Virus record (IMG/VR): IMGVR_UViG_3300013132_000021
DNA: 64,000 nucleotides
Direction: 5' to 3' (one strand)
Source of the DNA: a virus
Of the stretch, positions 55,290-64,000 are shown one piece after another (positions within the stretch are counted from its first letter, which is position 1; each line of letters begins with the position of its first letter). The notes under the pieces are model-generated. The model was not told the origin of the DNA. It ran no database searches and was given only the letters and a program-made list of their open reading frames with translations. The position numbers and the translations under genes were made by a program.

Positions 55290-55685
55290 ATGCAACAGCG
55301 TGCCGGACTGCTATTTTTAGCCAAAACCACAGGTAGAATACTGTTGATCCTTGAGGATCAACGATGGACCGTGCCCACTTTCGTGAGGTCGGGACCATTG
55401 TTGGAAGACAGTGCTCCTCTGCTCAAAGATTATGCCTCAGGTAGGATACTGCCTATTGAACTGTACCTGTCAGAGGATCGAGGATTTGAATACGGCACCT
55501 ATGTGTGTGTGGTGGATCAAGAGTTTTTGAACTCTGCTGCGCGAACTGTGTGCTGGGCCGATCTAGATGATCTTCCTAAACAACTACACCTGGGTTTGAA
55601 AACCACGCTGAACAATCAAGTTATAAGAATCAAAATTGAAACTATTATGGAGTTAGAAAATGTCAAGCCTACTACAGAAATCTAG
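55290..55685 (+). CDS. Nudix-fold protein lacking the Nudix box
   Basis: AGLLFLA..TGRILLI..W..P, FEYGTYVCVV..EF, W..LDDLP..LH.GL; no GX5EX7REUXEEXG. Confidence 0.55.
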   Translation: MQQRAGLLFLAKTTGRILLILEDQRWTVPTFVRSGPLLEDSAPLLKDYASGRILPIELYLSEDRGFEYGTYVCVVDQEFLNSAARTVCWADLDDLPKQLHLGLKTTLNNQVIRIKIETIMELENVKPTTEI

Positions 55686-55923
55686 TAGATTTCAACAAGA
55701 TCACGAACGGTATCTGGCCAAGATCGAACAGATTCCAGAAGGTGAGTTCAAACGAGAAGTCAAAGAGCTGCTGAACAAATTGGTCGCTGAGGTTAGAAAA
55801 CTAGATACCATGCACATGGAAATGATCTACACCAAACAGATGCCGTCGATGGGCGCGGACATGAAGCAGGACATCTTGACTCTTAGAAAAAAACTAGACA
55901 GCAAGCTGAAAAGCATAGAGTAG
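55660..55923 (+). CDS. helical hypothetical protein
   Basis: 87 aa, coiled-coil-like. Confidence 0.65.
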   Translation: MSSLLQKSSRFQQDHERYLAKIEQIPEGEFKREVKELLNKLVAEVRKLDTMHMEMIYTKQMPSMGADMKQDILTLRKKLDSKLKSIE

Positions 55924-55931
55924 TTCTCTGA

Positions 55932-57968
55932 TTAGATGCTGCCAAAGTTTTTGATAGTTATCGTTCCCACCATAGCAACATGTGCAGAACATTGATATCT
56001 GTAATTACCTGATATAGAATCAGGAATCTTCCAATACAATGTGCCTGAGGTCTTGCCCTGTGCAGAAGCTCCCGTGGTCACTGTTCCGCCAGTGGTCACA
56101 TGCACTAGACCCGTGTTATAATTATTTCCCGTGTTGTCCTGGATCAAGAAAGGATGACCTCCGACATTGAGATTGAAAGCGATGGTAGCACCGTTAAGAG
56201 CATATATGGTAGGATCGTCTGTGGTACCATACTGATCGAATCTATAGGCCGAGGCTCCGTTATTTGTCACGTTCAACATCGTGATAGCGGGCAGATAAAA
56301 TTGATCTACGGTTAAACCAGCGGCATCACTGAGCCCCGTGAACGCGGTAGCACCTGCAGCGACCGTATTGGTAATTGTAACCGTGTCTGTACCGGCATCC
56401 GTAGTTATAGAAATACCCGAACCTGCTGCCAGTGTCAGGGTGTCCGTAGCGGAATCTGCTACGACGTTGCTCTGACCGGTCACGGCTATGGTAGTGAAAC
56501 TATCAGACGCACTGCCGCTGTTGGTGATAGTTATCGTATCCGTGCCCGCATTGGTGGTGATGGTAATACCTGTGCCTGCTACCAAGGTCAATGTATCTGT
56601 GCTGGAATCTGCCACCACGCTTGATTGGCCGGCTACAGCAATAGTACTAAAACTATCAGAGGCTCCACCGCCTCCTGCGACCACCGCCCAGGTATTGTCG
56701 CCTCTTAAGAATGTGGTAGCATCTCTAGTGCCAGACGCCCCTAGTCTAAGCACAGGTACTGTGCCGCTGGTAAGTTCAGTGGCGTTCAATGCAGTGAGAT
56801 TCGCACCGCTGGCGGCTGGCAGCGTTGCAGGTAATGCTGTGAGATTCGCTCCGCTTACTGCAGGTAGTGTGGCTGGGAAACGTGCATCAGGTATGGTGCC
56901 TGAAGTTAATTGGGTGGCATTTAAGGCAGTGAGTGCTGCACCTCCACCGCTAAAATTAGTAGCTGTCAATAATCCAGCGTCTGATATAGTGGCAGAACTA
57001 TTTTGAATGATGGTGCCTGTAGTGCCATCGTAGCGTACGATAGCGTTATCAACGTATCCGCCGCCCGAACTAACTACATCTCCGGTACCTGCTCCTGTGG
57101 CGCCTGCAGGACCCTGAGGTCCTTGTGGTCCGGGAACTCCTACGGCTGTGGTCGATTGCCTTGTACCGTCTGCGAACACAATTTCATTACCTACCACAAC
57201 ATCTGAATCAAAAGCCACTGTAGGTGTAAATGTAATAGTGGAACTGTCTGCGGAATCTATTGTGGTTCCTACAAACGTGATGCTACCTGTGCTGGTTGTT
57301 GAATTAATAGTTATGGTATCTGTGCCAGCATTGGTGGTAATAGTAATATTAGAGCCGGCGGCTAGTGTTAGTGTATCTGTAGTTGAATCAGCTATCACAG
57401 AGCTCTGTCCTGCAACAACCACAGTGCTAAATGAATTAGGCAAACTAGATTCGCTGGCCACAGGTACCCAAGCACCTGCATGAGCATAATACAATTTTCC
57501 CGTATCGTGTACATGTGCTACCATGCCGTGATAATCTACAGGCGAAACTTCGTCGTTGAGATCTGCTAGCGTATCCCAGTGGAATCTTATACGATTTTTT
57601 TGGCCTGTGATATCTATCACACCCGATAACACCAAAGTATTTGTGCTGTCATCTAGCCATGTCAAAGCAGTTAAGTCGTTGACCTGCGAACCATTTGAAG
57701 GATAGTAGGCTATTTTGCCAGCCACTCCTGTTTGAACTCCGCCGCTGAATCCTGCTGAATTAGCTTTGGCAAGAAATGCAGCGTTAGAAACATTGGTGAG
57801 ATCGCCTTTTGCCAGCGAAATGCCACCTTGGGATTGTCCATTGTATAAGCGGAGAGTATTAGTATCTTTATCATAGAATATTTCTCCTCTAGCTCCAACC
57901 TTTCTATTAAGAAATTCGGATTCTTTAGGAATTATTCTAATGTTATCGAGAACAGGTATTTTAGCCAT
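55932..57968 (-). CDS. virion fibre protein with repeats, collagen-like segment and C-terminal cupredoxin-like domain
   Basis: 3x F.T..VAGQS.V.ADS.TDTLTL.AG..I.ITT.AGTDT.TI, SGANLTAL repeats, GPQGPQGPA, GHPF...YQCSAHVAM. Confidence 0.8.
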   Translation of the reverse strand: MAKIPVLDNIRIIPKESEFLNRKVGARGEIFYDKDTNTLRLYNGQSQGGISLAKGDLTNVSNAAFLAKANSAGFSGGVQTGVAGKIAYYPSNGSQVNDLTALTWLDDSTNTLVLSGVIDITGQKNRIRFHWDTLADLNDEVSPVDYHGMVAHVHDTGKLYYAHAGAWVPVASESSLPNSFSTVVVAGQSSVIADSTTDTLTLAAGSNITITTNAGTDTITINSTTSTGSITFVGTTIDSADSSTITFTPTVAFDSDVVVGNEIVFADGTRQSTTAVGVPGPQGPQGPAGATGAGTGDVVSSGGGYVDNAIVRYDGTTGTIIQNSSATISDAGLLTATNFSGGGAALTALNATQLTSGTIPDARFPATLPAVSGANLTALPATLPAASGANLTALNATELTSGTVPVLRLGASGTRDATTFLRGDNTWAVVAGGGGASDSFSTIAVAGQSSVVADSSTDTLTLVAGTGITITTNAGTDTITITNSGSASDSFTTIAVTGQSNVVADSATDTLTLAAGSGISITTDAGTDTVTITNTVAAGATAFTGLSDAAGLTVDQFYLPAITMLNVTNNGASAYRFDQYGTTDDPTIYALNGATIAFNLNVGGHPFLIQDNTGNNYNTGLVHVTTGGTVTTGASAQGKTSGTLYWKIPDSISGNYRYQCSAHVAMVGTITIKNFGSI

Positions 57969-58046
57969 TGTGATTCCAAGTTTGTTAAACGTTATTTATC
58001 CAAATATTATTTGCATAAATTTAGTAAGTTTTAACCGTGGTGTAGA

Positions 58047-58664
58047 TTATTTTTGAATACTTCCAAAGGTAAAGTGCTGAGTATGTGTAAAGTTCACAAA
58101 ATTTGCAGATAAAATTATTCTATCTTCAGTACTGGTACTTTTTTCGGATTTATGCATCAACCATCCCGGAAAAAACAAAACATCTCCTTGTTGTGCCGGA
58201 ACTGAATAGTATTCTTGGAGATTAGAAACTTCATGTAAATTTTTAAAATTATAGTGGGGGTCTTGAAATTGTGTAAAGCCTGATGCATGCGGCAGTGAAA
58301 TATAAGCTACACAACTTAACACACTGAATCCGTGATTATGTGGTATTGTTTCTCCAGTTTTACCGTGACGATTAATCCAACTATTGCCAACATAAAACTG
58401 ATTGTTAGTGTCGTGTTTCCATTCGCAAATTATAAGTTTGCTTTTTTCTTCTAACCATAAAAAAAAATCTAAAAAATCCTTATGTTTATGTGGAGCGTTA
58501 TTTTGATTTGATACTGTGCTTTGAGCATCACCTATCTCTAAGTTAGTGACAGAGTTGTTGGCAGTCTGCAGAATTTCGTAAGCGGCTGCAAGATGCCTGT
58601 CTGTAAAATCAAAATGATCTCGAAAAATTACTGGCGGAAAGGAAGATATTGATTTAAGACTCAT
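58047..58664 (-). CDS. putative 2OG-Fe(II) oxygenase (TIGR02466-like)
   Basis: SWIN, PHNH, LSCVAY, FQDP, FFPGWLMH, RIILSAN. Confidence 0.8.
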   Translation of the reverse strand: MSLKSISSFPPVIFRDHFDFTDRHLAAAYEILQTANNSVTNLEIGDAQSTVSNQNNAPHKHKDFLDFFLWLEEKSKLIICEWKHDTNNQFYVGNSWINRHGKTGETIPHNHGFSVLSCVAYISLPHASGFTQFQDPHYNFKNLHEVSNLQEYYSVPAQQGDVLFFPGWLMHKSEKSTSTEDRIILSANFVNFTHTQHFTFGSIQK

Positions 58665-59251
58665 ATGTGTAATTGTGTCAATGGCAGACTGTTAATTTTT
58701 CCTTTAACGAAAGTATTGAAGCTTAGAGTAATTCTAGGTTCACTTCCGTAATAGGGTTCTACTAAATGTTCTATATTAGAAGGAAAAATTATAATGTTGC
58801 CAGCAGTTGATTGAAAAGTCCAACTTTTTGCATTATATATTGATGCATCAATTACCTGAAATTCTAAAGTATCATACTGGCTGGTTATTAACTTTAAATG
58901 TCCTGAACTGGCATCACCGGATAATGTTACTACTCCTGATAATATTGAATTTGGGTGCCAGTGCCTATGATGGCTTTGACCTGTTTCAGTTTTGTTTAGC
59001 CATGATTCTGTAATGTAAATTTCAGTGTCTGTAGATACTTGCATAACACCGTAAAAATAATCAGCAATTTTATTTCTTATCTCGTCTAGCATATTGTTGA
59101 AAGGCGCTGTGCTCAAAATATTTTGGCTTTCACTAATCCAGTTTTGATAGTTTCTTGCCCACTTTACATATGACAAGTCGACGTCTACACTTGTTATTTT
59201 AGATGTCAATATAGGTTTTGAAAAGAGTGGTATTAGTTCGTCATGATTCAT
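58661..59251 (-). CDS. putative 2OG-Fe(II) oxygenase (TIGR02466-like)
   Basis: ESWLN, HWHPNSILSGV, IFPSNIEHLV, RITLSFN. Confidence 0.82.
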   Translation of the reverse strand: MNHDELIPLFSKPILTSKITSVDVDLSYVKWARNYQNWISESQNILSTAPFNNMLDEIRNKIADYFYGVMQVSTDTEIYITESWLNKTETGQSHHRHWHPNSILSGVVTLSGDASSGHLKLITSQYDTLEFQVIDASIYNAKSWTFQSTAGNIIIFPSNIEHLVEPYYGSEPRITLSFNTFVKGKINSLPLTQLHI

Positions 59252-59307
59252 TTTAAGGCACCAAGTAATATGATATATAGTATTATCGAACAACGTAAGT
59301 GGAATTT

Positions 59308-59877
59308 ATGAAAATACAAAAAGACATTGCAACTTGGGATAATTTAGTAGATGCAGCCACCTGTAATGACATTATAGCAAGATATCATGCTTTAGAAACA
59401 TTGCAATTATCGTTTCCTCGATTCGAATCGCCTGGACACATTAAACAAGATAGAGCTGTATTTGTACTATCAGACGATTCCATGCGCTTGACTCCGGACC
59501 TTACAGTATTACATCCGTTTTTAAAAAAGTTTTGGGTCTGTTGGGAGTCATATCTTAGACATTATAGTGTATTAGCCGAAACTGGAAAACATCATGTGCG
59601 TTCTATGAAAATACAAAAAACATTGCCCGGCGAAGGATATCACATCTGGCATTTCGAATCGGATGGCTTAGAAAGATGTTCTCGAGTGGCGGCCTGGTCT
59701 TTGTACCTAAACGCAGTAGACGAGGGAGGAGAAACTGAATTCTTGTATCAAAGCATACGGATTCCTGCTACGATTGGTACATTAGCCATATGGCCGGCCA
59801 CCTACACTCATGTTCATAGGGGAAATCCTCCACTGTCAGGCGAAAAATATCTATTAACAGGATGGATTGAATGGTAA
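59308..59877 (+). CDS. prolyl-4-hydroxylase-like 2OG-Fe(II) oxygenase
   Basis: YHIWHFE, LYLN...EGGETEF, WPA.YTHVHRGNPP, KY..TGW. Confidence 0.85.
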   Translation: MKIQKDIATWDNLVDAATCNDIIARYHALETLQLSFPRFESPGHIKQDRAVFVLSDDSMRLTPDLTVLHPFLKKFWVCWESYLRHYSVLAETGKHHVRSMKIQKTLPGEGYHIWHFESDGLERCSRVAAWSLYLNAVDEGGETEFLYQSIRIPATIGTLAIWPATYTHVHRGNPPLSGEKYLLTGWIEW

Positions 59878-60480
59878 ATGGAAGTCATTAAACTATTTCC
59901 CGTTGAATTTTTTAGGTTTACCACGCAGCAATTTCAACATTCAGAAATTGTTGACCACATTCAGTCGTTAAACATTTCTCCAAAGGTCAGCAGCAATCTC
60001 AGTTTTCAAATTTCATTGCATCGAGATGAAAAACTTTCAGAACTATTCAATTGGTTTCATGTATGCTTGGAACAACTAAGAGTTTCACAAAAATACGATT
60101 GCGATAGATTTACTATCAGCTCCAGTTGGTATAATCAAAGTTTGAAAAATCAAGGCATGCATCAAACATATCATAAACACACCAACAGTTTTTTCAGTGG
60201 AATCTATTACATGTCTGCAGGGGCTCCTACCATATTCGAAGATCCTGTAATACCAAGAAGTATGACACAGCTAGAAGTTTTAAGAAAAGATTATTTACCT
60301 GTCGAAAAAACCATGGCAGTTCCAGGCAGTTTAATTATTTTTCCCAGTTATGTATTTCATTATTCTCCGCCCCATGTGGACGATTTTGATAGGCATGTTA
60401 TTAGTTTTAATGTGTTGCCTACAGGTAAAATCAATACCGGTGCAGGCTCAGACGCAGCTATAATTTTAGGACTAACATGA
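59878..60480 (+). CDS. putative 2OG-Fe(II) oxygenase (TIGR02466-like)
   Basis: SWYN, HKHTNSFFSGIYY, FEDP, IFPSYVFH, RHVISFN. Confidence 0.82.
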   Translation: MEVIKLFPVEFFRFTTQQFQHSEIVDHIQSLNISPKVSSNLSFQISLHRDEKLSELFNWFHVCLEQLRVSQKYDCDRFTISSSWYNQSLKNQGMHQTYHKHTNSFFSGIYYMSAGAPTIFEDPVIPRSMTQLEVLRKDYLPVEKTMAVPGSLIIFPSYVFHYSPPHVDDFDRHVISFNVLPTGKINTGAGSDAAIILGLT

Positions 60481-61943
60481 TACGATCGCTTGGAATATTG
60501 GGAGCAGGAAATGCAGGACTAATATCAGCGTTAATGCTTAGAGCATGTTTCACTGAATTACCAATTACTGTGATTAAATCTAATAAGATTGGTGCAATTG
60601 GTGTGGGCGAAGGGTCAAACGAACACTGGGACGATTTGTCAAAAATCACAAACATATCAGTTAATGATATAATTGTGAATGCAGGAGCAACATTCAAGCA
60701 CGGTATAAAGTTTGTGAATTGGAAAAATGGTAATGATATATTTTATCATAGCCTTCCTGAACATTTTGTTTCTCAAGATTCTTATACTGGCTTACCGTTC
60801 ACATTAATGAATTTTGTAGCAAATAATGTAGACCCAGAAAAAATTGTTTTTGATCTTGCTATCCAAGGTAAGATCGCCGGGCCGTTGGGAGCAGGGGTAG
60901 GCCAATTTCATTTTGATACGTTTAAGCTAAATTCTTTTTTAGAAAAATTATGTATAGACCGCAACATAAAAATTGTATTAGATACAGTTGTTGAAGTTAA
61001 ATTATCTGAGCAAGGGTTTGTTCAAACATTGATAGGTGAAAATCAGAATCATCAATTTGAATTTTATATTGACACAACAGGATTTGAAAGAGTCATTCAT
61101 AAATCTTTAGGAAGCAAGTGGGAATCTTATCAAAAATATCTTCCTACAAATTCAGCAATAGCATTTCCTTCTCCTCTAGATAACAAAATAAGCACATTTA
61201 CAACTGCTACCGCTAGGCAGCACGGGTGGAGTTGGCAGGCACCGGTACAGGGAAGATACGGAAACGGCTATGTGTTTAATAAAAATTTTGCTGATATTAA
61301 CATGGTTATTGCTGAGCTTCAAGTCGAATACAAAGATGAAATTAAAATAGCGAAGGTGATCGATTTCACTCCTGGAAAAATAGATAAATTTTGGATAAAA
61401 AATTGTGTAGCAGTCGGGCTGTCTGGAAGTTTTATCGAACCGCTAGAAGCCAGCAGTATAGGTGCTACTATAGAACAAATAAAATGTCTAGCTAGTTCAC
61501 TTATTTGTTGGTCTGATCAAGATAACTTTATAGAAAAAAAATATAATAAAACTTTTGATCGTGTTTATCAAAATATCCTAGACTTTGTGCAGCTACATTA
61601 TCTTGGGCAACGAACAGACACAGAATTTTGGCGTTGGTGCAAAAACCACATGATCCTTACAGACTTTAACAGAGAGACCGTTGATTATTTCAAGGATAAC
61701 TTTGTAAGCTGGAATTTTTTTCATGAAAATAATTACGAATTGTTCGATGAGTTAGACTGGATACAGGTCATGCACGGGTTAGGATTATTTAATATTACAA
61801 AGATTAAAGAAAAATACTTGTCCGATTTTCGAGTCTGGCAAGCAGTCACTGAAAACGAACTAAGTAGAGTACCATCAGAGAAAAATTGGGAATTTCTCTC
61901 TCATGAAAAAACTATAGAACTTATCAAAGAACAATATAAATGA
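60477..61943 (+). CDS. flavin-dependent (tryptophan-halogenase family) halogenase 1
   Basis: GAGNAG, IGVGEG, ATFKHGIKF (catalytic K), GWSWQAP, FIEPLEASSI. Confidence 0.88.
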   Translation: MIRSLGILGAGNAGLISALMLRACFTELPITVIKSNKIGAIGVGEGSNEHWDDLSKITNISVNDIIVNAGATFKHGIKFVNWKNGNDIFYHSLPEHFVSQDSYTGLPFTLMNFVANNVDPEKIVFDLAIQGKIAGPLGAGVGQFHFDTFKLNSFLEKLCIDRNIKIVLDTVVEVKLSEQGFVQTLIGENQNHQFEFYIDTTGFERVIHKSLGSKWESYQKYLPTNSAIAFPSPLDNKISTFTTATARQHGWSWQAPVQGRYGNGYVFNKNFADINMVIAELQVEYKDEIKIAKVIDFTPGKIDKFWIKNCVAVGLSGSFIEPLEASSIGATIEQIKCLASSLICWSDQDNFIEKKYNKTFDRVYQNILDFVQLHYLGQRTDTEFWRWCKNHMILTDFNRETVDYFKDNFVSWNFFHENNYELFDELDWIQVMHGLGLFNITKIKEKYLSDFRVWQAVTENELSRVPSEKNWEFLSHEKTIELIKEQYK

Positions 61944-63436
61944 TTAACTCATTGGGCATTTTAGGAGGCGGAACTAGCGGATTAATTGCAGCTTTGATGT
62001 TTCGTGCAGCATATCCTAAATTAAAAATTACATTGATCGAATCCTCGCAGATTGGAATTATCGGTGTTGGCGAAGGCACTACAGAACATTGGAGGTTTTT
62101 TGTAGAATATTGTGATATTCCTCTTCATGAATTGTTTGAACACACAGGTGCTACATTTAAAATTGGAATAAAATTTACTAATTGGCACGGCGATGACACA
62201 CATTATTTTCACAGTCTTTTACAAGACTTTGGTGGTATAGATCCGAAAAATGACATTCCGTACACATGGTTCAGGATGATAGGAGAAAACTGGGATCCTT
62301 TACATACACTAGGGGATGGCAGTCAAAAATCAAGACACTATGAGCCGTTACATGATAATATTAATCAGTTTCATTTTGATACTATGAAATTGAATAATTT
62401 TCTGCATCGCAAGTGTATTGAGAGAAATATCACAATAGTTGATAATATAATCAAGGAAGTAAAAGTAGATCAACAAGGTTATGTAAGCGAGATTATCGAC
62501 GAAAATAATCAAAGCTACGTTTATGATTTTTACATCGATTGCTCTGGTTTTAAAAGAGTCATAGGTCATCACTTAGGAATGAAATGGGTTGATAAAAGCG
62601 AATTTCTTCCTATGAATAGTGCCATAGCATTTCAAACTGCATACCAAGAAAATATTCCGTCGTATACAGAAGCAACAGCATTGAGTAGCGGTTGGAGTTG
62701 GAGAATACCTACACAGGATCGTTTCGGTAATGGATATGTTTATTGTGACGGTTTCATCAAAGACGACGAAGCTGTGTCAGAAATTAAAGCACATTACAAA
62801 ACACAGTTATCAATCGACGATATCACGGTAGGAAAAAAATTTAAATTTGCAGCAGGTCATGTTGATAAATTCTGGACTAAAAATTGCGCAGTCATTGGTT
62901 TGAGTAGTATATTTGTTGAACCATTAGAGGCTAGCAGTATTGGTACCACTATACAACAATGTGCGAATCTTGTATCTGCAATGACACACTTTGCAAAGGG
63001 CGAAGAAAGCACCGCTAGACAATATAATAAACTTATAACAAAAGTTGCAGAAAATATTGTCGACTTTATACAATTACATTATTTTACTCAACGATCCGAT
63101 ACTGATTTTTGGAGTTGGTGCAAAAATTCACTTAAGATCACTGATTTCAATCAAGAAAATTTAGAATACTTTAAAAAAAATAATGTTGATAATAATTTTT
63201 TTAGAGAACCTCTGTTATTGTTTAAGACCTTAAACTTCATGCAGGTAATGCATGGTCTTAGGCTAATTGATCAAAAACATTCTTTAAAAGTCTACAACGA
63301 TCACCTAAGAGAAAATTATGATGAAAAAATTGAAAAGATGCTGATTCTTAATGCAGATTTAACAGAATCTATTCCGCATCGTCAGTGTCTTGAAATACTT
63401 AAAAACAGAGTTCCTTTGATTAAATATAAATTTTAA
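61940..63436 (+). CDS. flavin-dependent halogenase 2
   Basis: GGGTSG, IGVGEG, ATFKIGIKF, GWSWRIP, FVEPLEASSI. Confidence 0.9.
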   Translation: MINSLGILGGGTSGLIAALMFRAAYPKLKITLIESSQIGIIGVGEGTTEHWRFFVEYCDIPLHELFEHTGATFKIGIKFTNWHGDDTHYFHSLLQDFGGIDPKNDIPYTWFRMIGENWDPLHTLGDGSQKSRHYEPLHDNINQFHFDTMKLNNFLHRKCIERNITIVDNIIKEVKVDQQGYVSEIIDENNQSYVYDFYIDCSGFKRVIGHHLGMKWVDKSEFLPMNSAIAFQTAYQENIPSYTEATALSSGWSWRIPTQDRFGNGYVYCDGFIKDDEAVSEIKAHYKTQLSIDDITVGKKFKFAAGHVDKFWTKNCAVIGLSSIFVEPLEASSIGTTIQQCANLVSAMTHFAKGEESTARQYNKLITKVAENIVDFIQLHYFTQRSDTDFWSWCKNSLKITDFNQENLEYFKKNNVDNNFFREPLLLFKTLNFMQVMHGLRLIDQKHSLKVYNDHLRENYDEKIEKMLILNADLTESIPHRQCLEILKNRVPLIKYKF

Positions 63437-63445
63437 TAAACAAAT

Positions 63446-64000
63446 ATGAAAAAAATAGTCATATTAGGCGGCGGAACGGCCGGCTGGGTCACAGCACTAT
63501 ATATTAAAAGATACTGGCCTGATCTCGCTATAACTGTAATCGAGGATCCCAATCGTCCACCAATTATAGCAGGAGAAAGTGGGAATACATTGTTCACTGA
63601 TTTTTTAAATAGAATAAATGTAAACAAAGATGATTTTATCAAAGCAACTAATGCAACTCCCAAGCTCGGTGGAAGATTTGTAGATTGGAACGGGGTCGGT
63701 ACAGAATTCCTTCACGTTATGCAGACAGATCACTCACCATGGCTAGACAACTGGGATAGATTTTTAGATAACGCTCCAACTCTCGACATCGCATTAAATA
63801 GAGTTTTTTCTGAAAAAATTCGCAGTATATATCTAAAGACAGTATTAGCAAACGATGTTCCATTGCATCACATGTTTCATTCTGGAGAACTTATAAGACA
63901 AAACAAAGTTCCGGTTGGACGGTATAGTCCTTTGCCTTGTAATCCTATGTGGCATTTCGATAGTCGAGCTGCGGCATTATGGTTCAAGGATCTCGGTCTA
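63446..64000 (+). CDS. flavin-dependent halogenase 3 (runs off the window; not in ORF track)
   Basis: MKKIVILGGGTAGWVTAL...IIAGES...ATPKLGGRFVDW. Confidence 0.85.
   Translation, partial: MKKIVILGGGTAGWVTALYIKRYWPDLAITVIEDPNRPPIIAGESGNTLFTDFLNRINVNKDDFIKATNATPKLGGRFVDWNGVGTEFLHVMQTDHSPWLDNWDRFLDNAPTLDIALNRVFSEKIRSIYLKTVLANDVPLHHMFHSGELIRQNKVPVGRYSPLPCNPMWHFDSRAAALWFKDLGL

Noticed and set aside
56340-57440. Repeats in the fibre gene as a DGR template/variable pair or mobile repeats
   Set aside because: They are in-frame protein repeats diverged at synonymous positions, not adenine-specific, and no reverse transcriptase is present.
6203-62572. Many antisense or alternate-frame ORFs in the track (e.g. 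7343-7759, 36089-36553, 48816-49184, 56488-57006)
   Set aside because: They are shadows of well-supported genes, with no RBS, promoter or recognisable motifs.
1-64000. Stop-codon reassignment
   Set aside because: Core genes are full-length and tightly packed under the standard code, and TAA, TGA and TAG all terminate genes.
1-64000. tRNA, rRNA or self-splicing intron/intein
   Set aside because: No cloverleaf with T-loop/CCA was noticed in the short intergenic gaps; helicase, UvsX, UvsW and terminase are uninterrupted and of normal size.

Overview
The window is a 64-kb segment of a large, divergent T4-like myovirus (contractile-tailed Caudoviricetes). No cellular genes, rRNA, tRNA or CRISPR array are visible, and it uses the standard genetic code. 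From left to right: (i) 1-6.1 kb holds small early/accessory ORFs, several behind near-consensus sigma70 promoters. This part includes a repeat-bearing junction at ~2.1-4.0 kb, a GNAT-like gene and a Bax-inhibitor-1/YccA gene. (ii) 6.1-14.2 kb holds a Pol-beta-type nucleotidyltransferase, gp41 helicase, a half carbamoyltransferase, gp61 primase, a 192-aa miniaturised DnaE-like polymerase core, a Zn-finger protein and a gp62-like clamp-loader subunit. (iii) 14.2-34.9 kb is a two-block glycan synthesis and decoration cluster of ~23 genes, split by uvsW. It encodes epimerases, a sugar dehydrogenase, an amidotransferase, six methyltransferases, ten glycosyltransferase-like genes (six of them paralogues) and a cytidylyltransferase-cupin. 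(iv) 34.9-38.3 kb holds uvsY, uvsX and gp32. (v) 38.4-55.9 kb is packaging and morphogenesis: terminases, gp4, tube, sheath, dNMP kinase and gp13/14/15. (vi) 55.9-64 kb holds a fibre protein ending in a cupredoxin-type Cu site, four 2OG-Fe(II) oxygenases and three tandem flavin-dependent halogenases. The strongest unusual signals are the mini-DnaE, pervasive leaderless promoters (TAAATA 4-5 nt before the start codon), the glycan cluster, the halogenase/oxygenase/Cu-fibre module, and a repeated TTTTTGCGC element at a GC-skew switch. All functional calls come from reading motifs by eye; no database searches were run.
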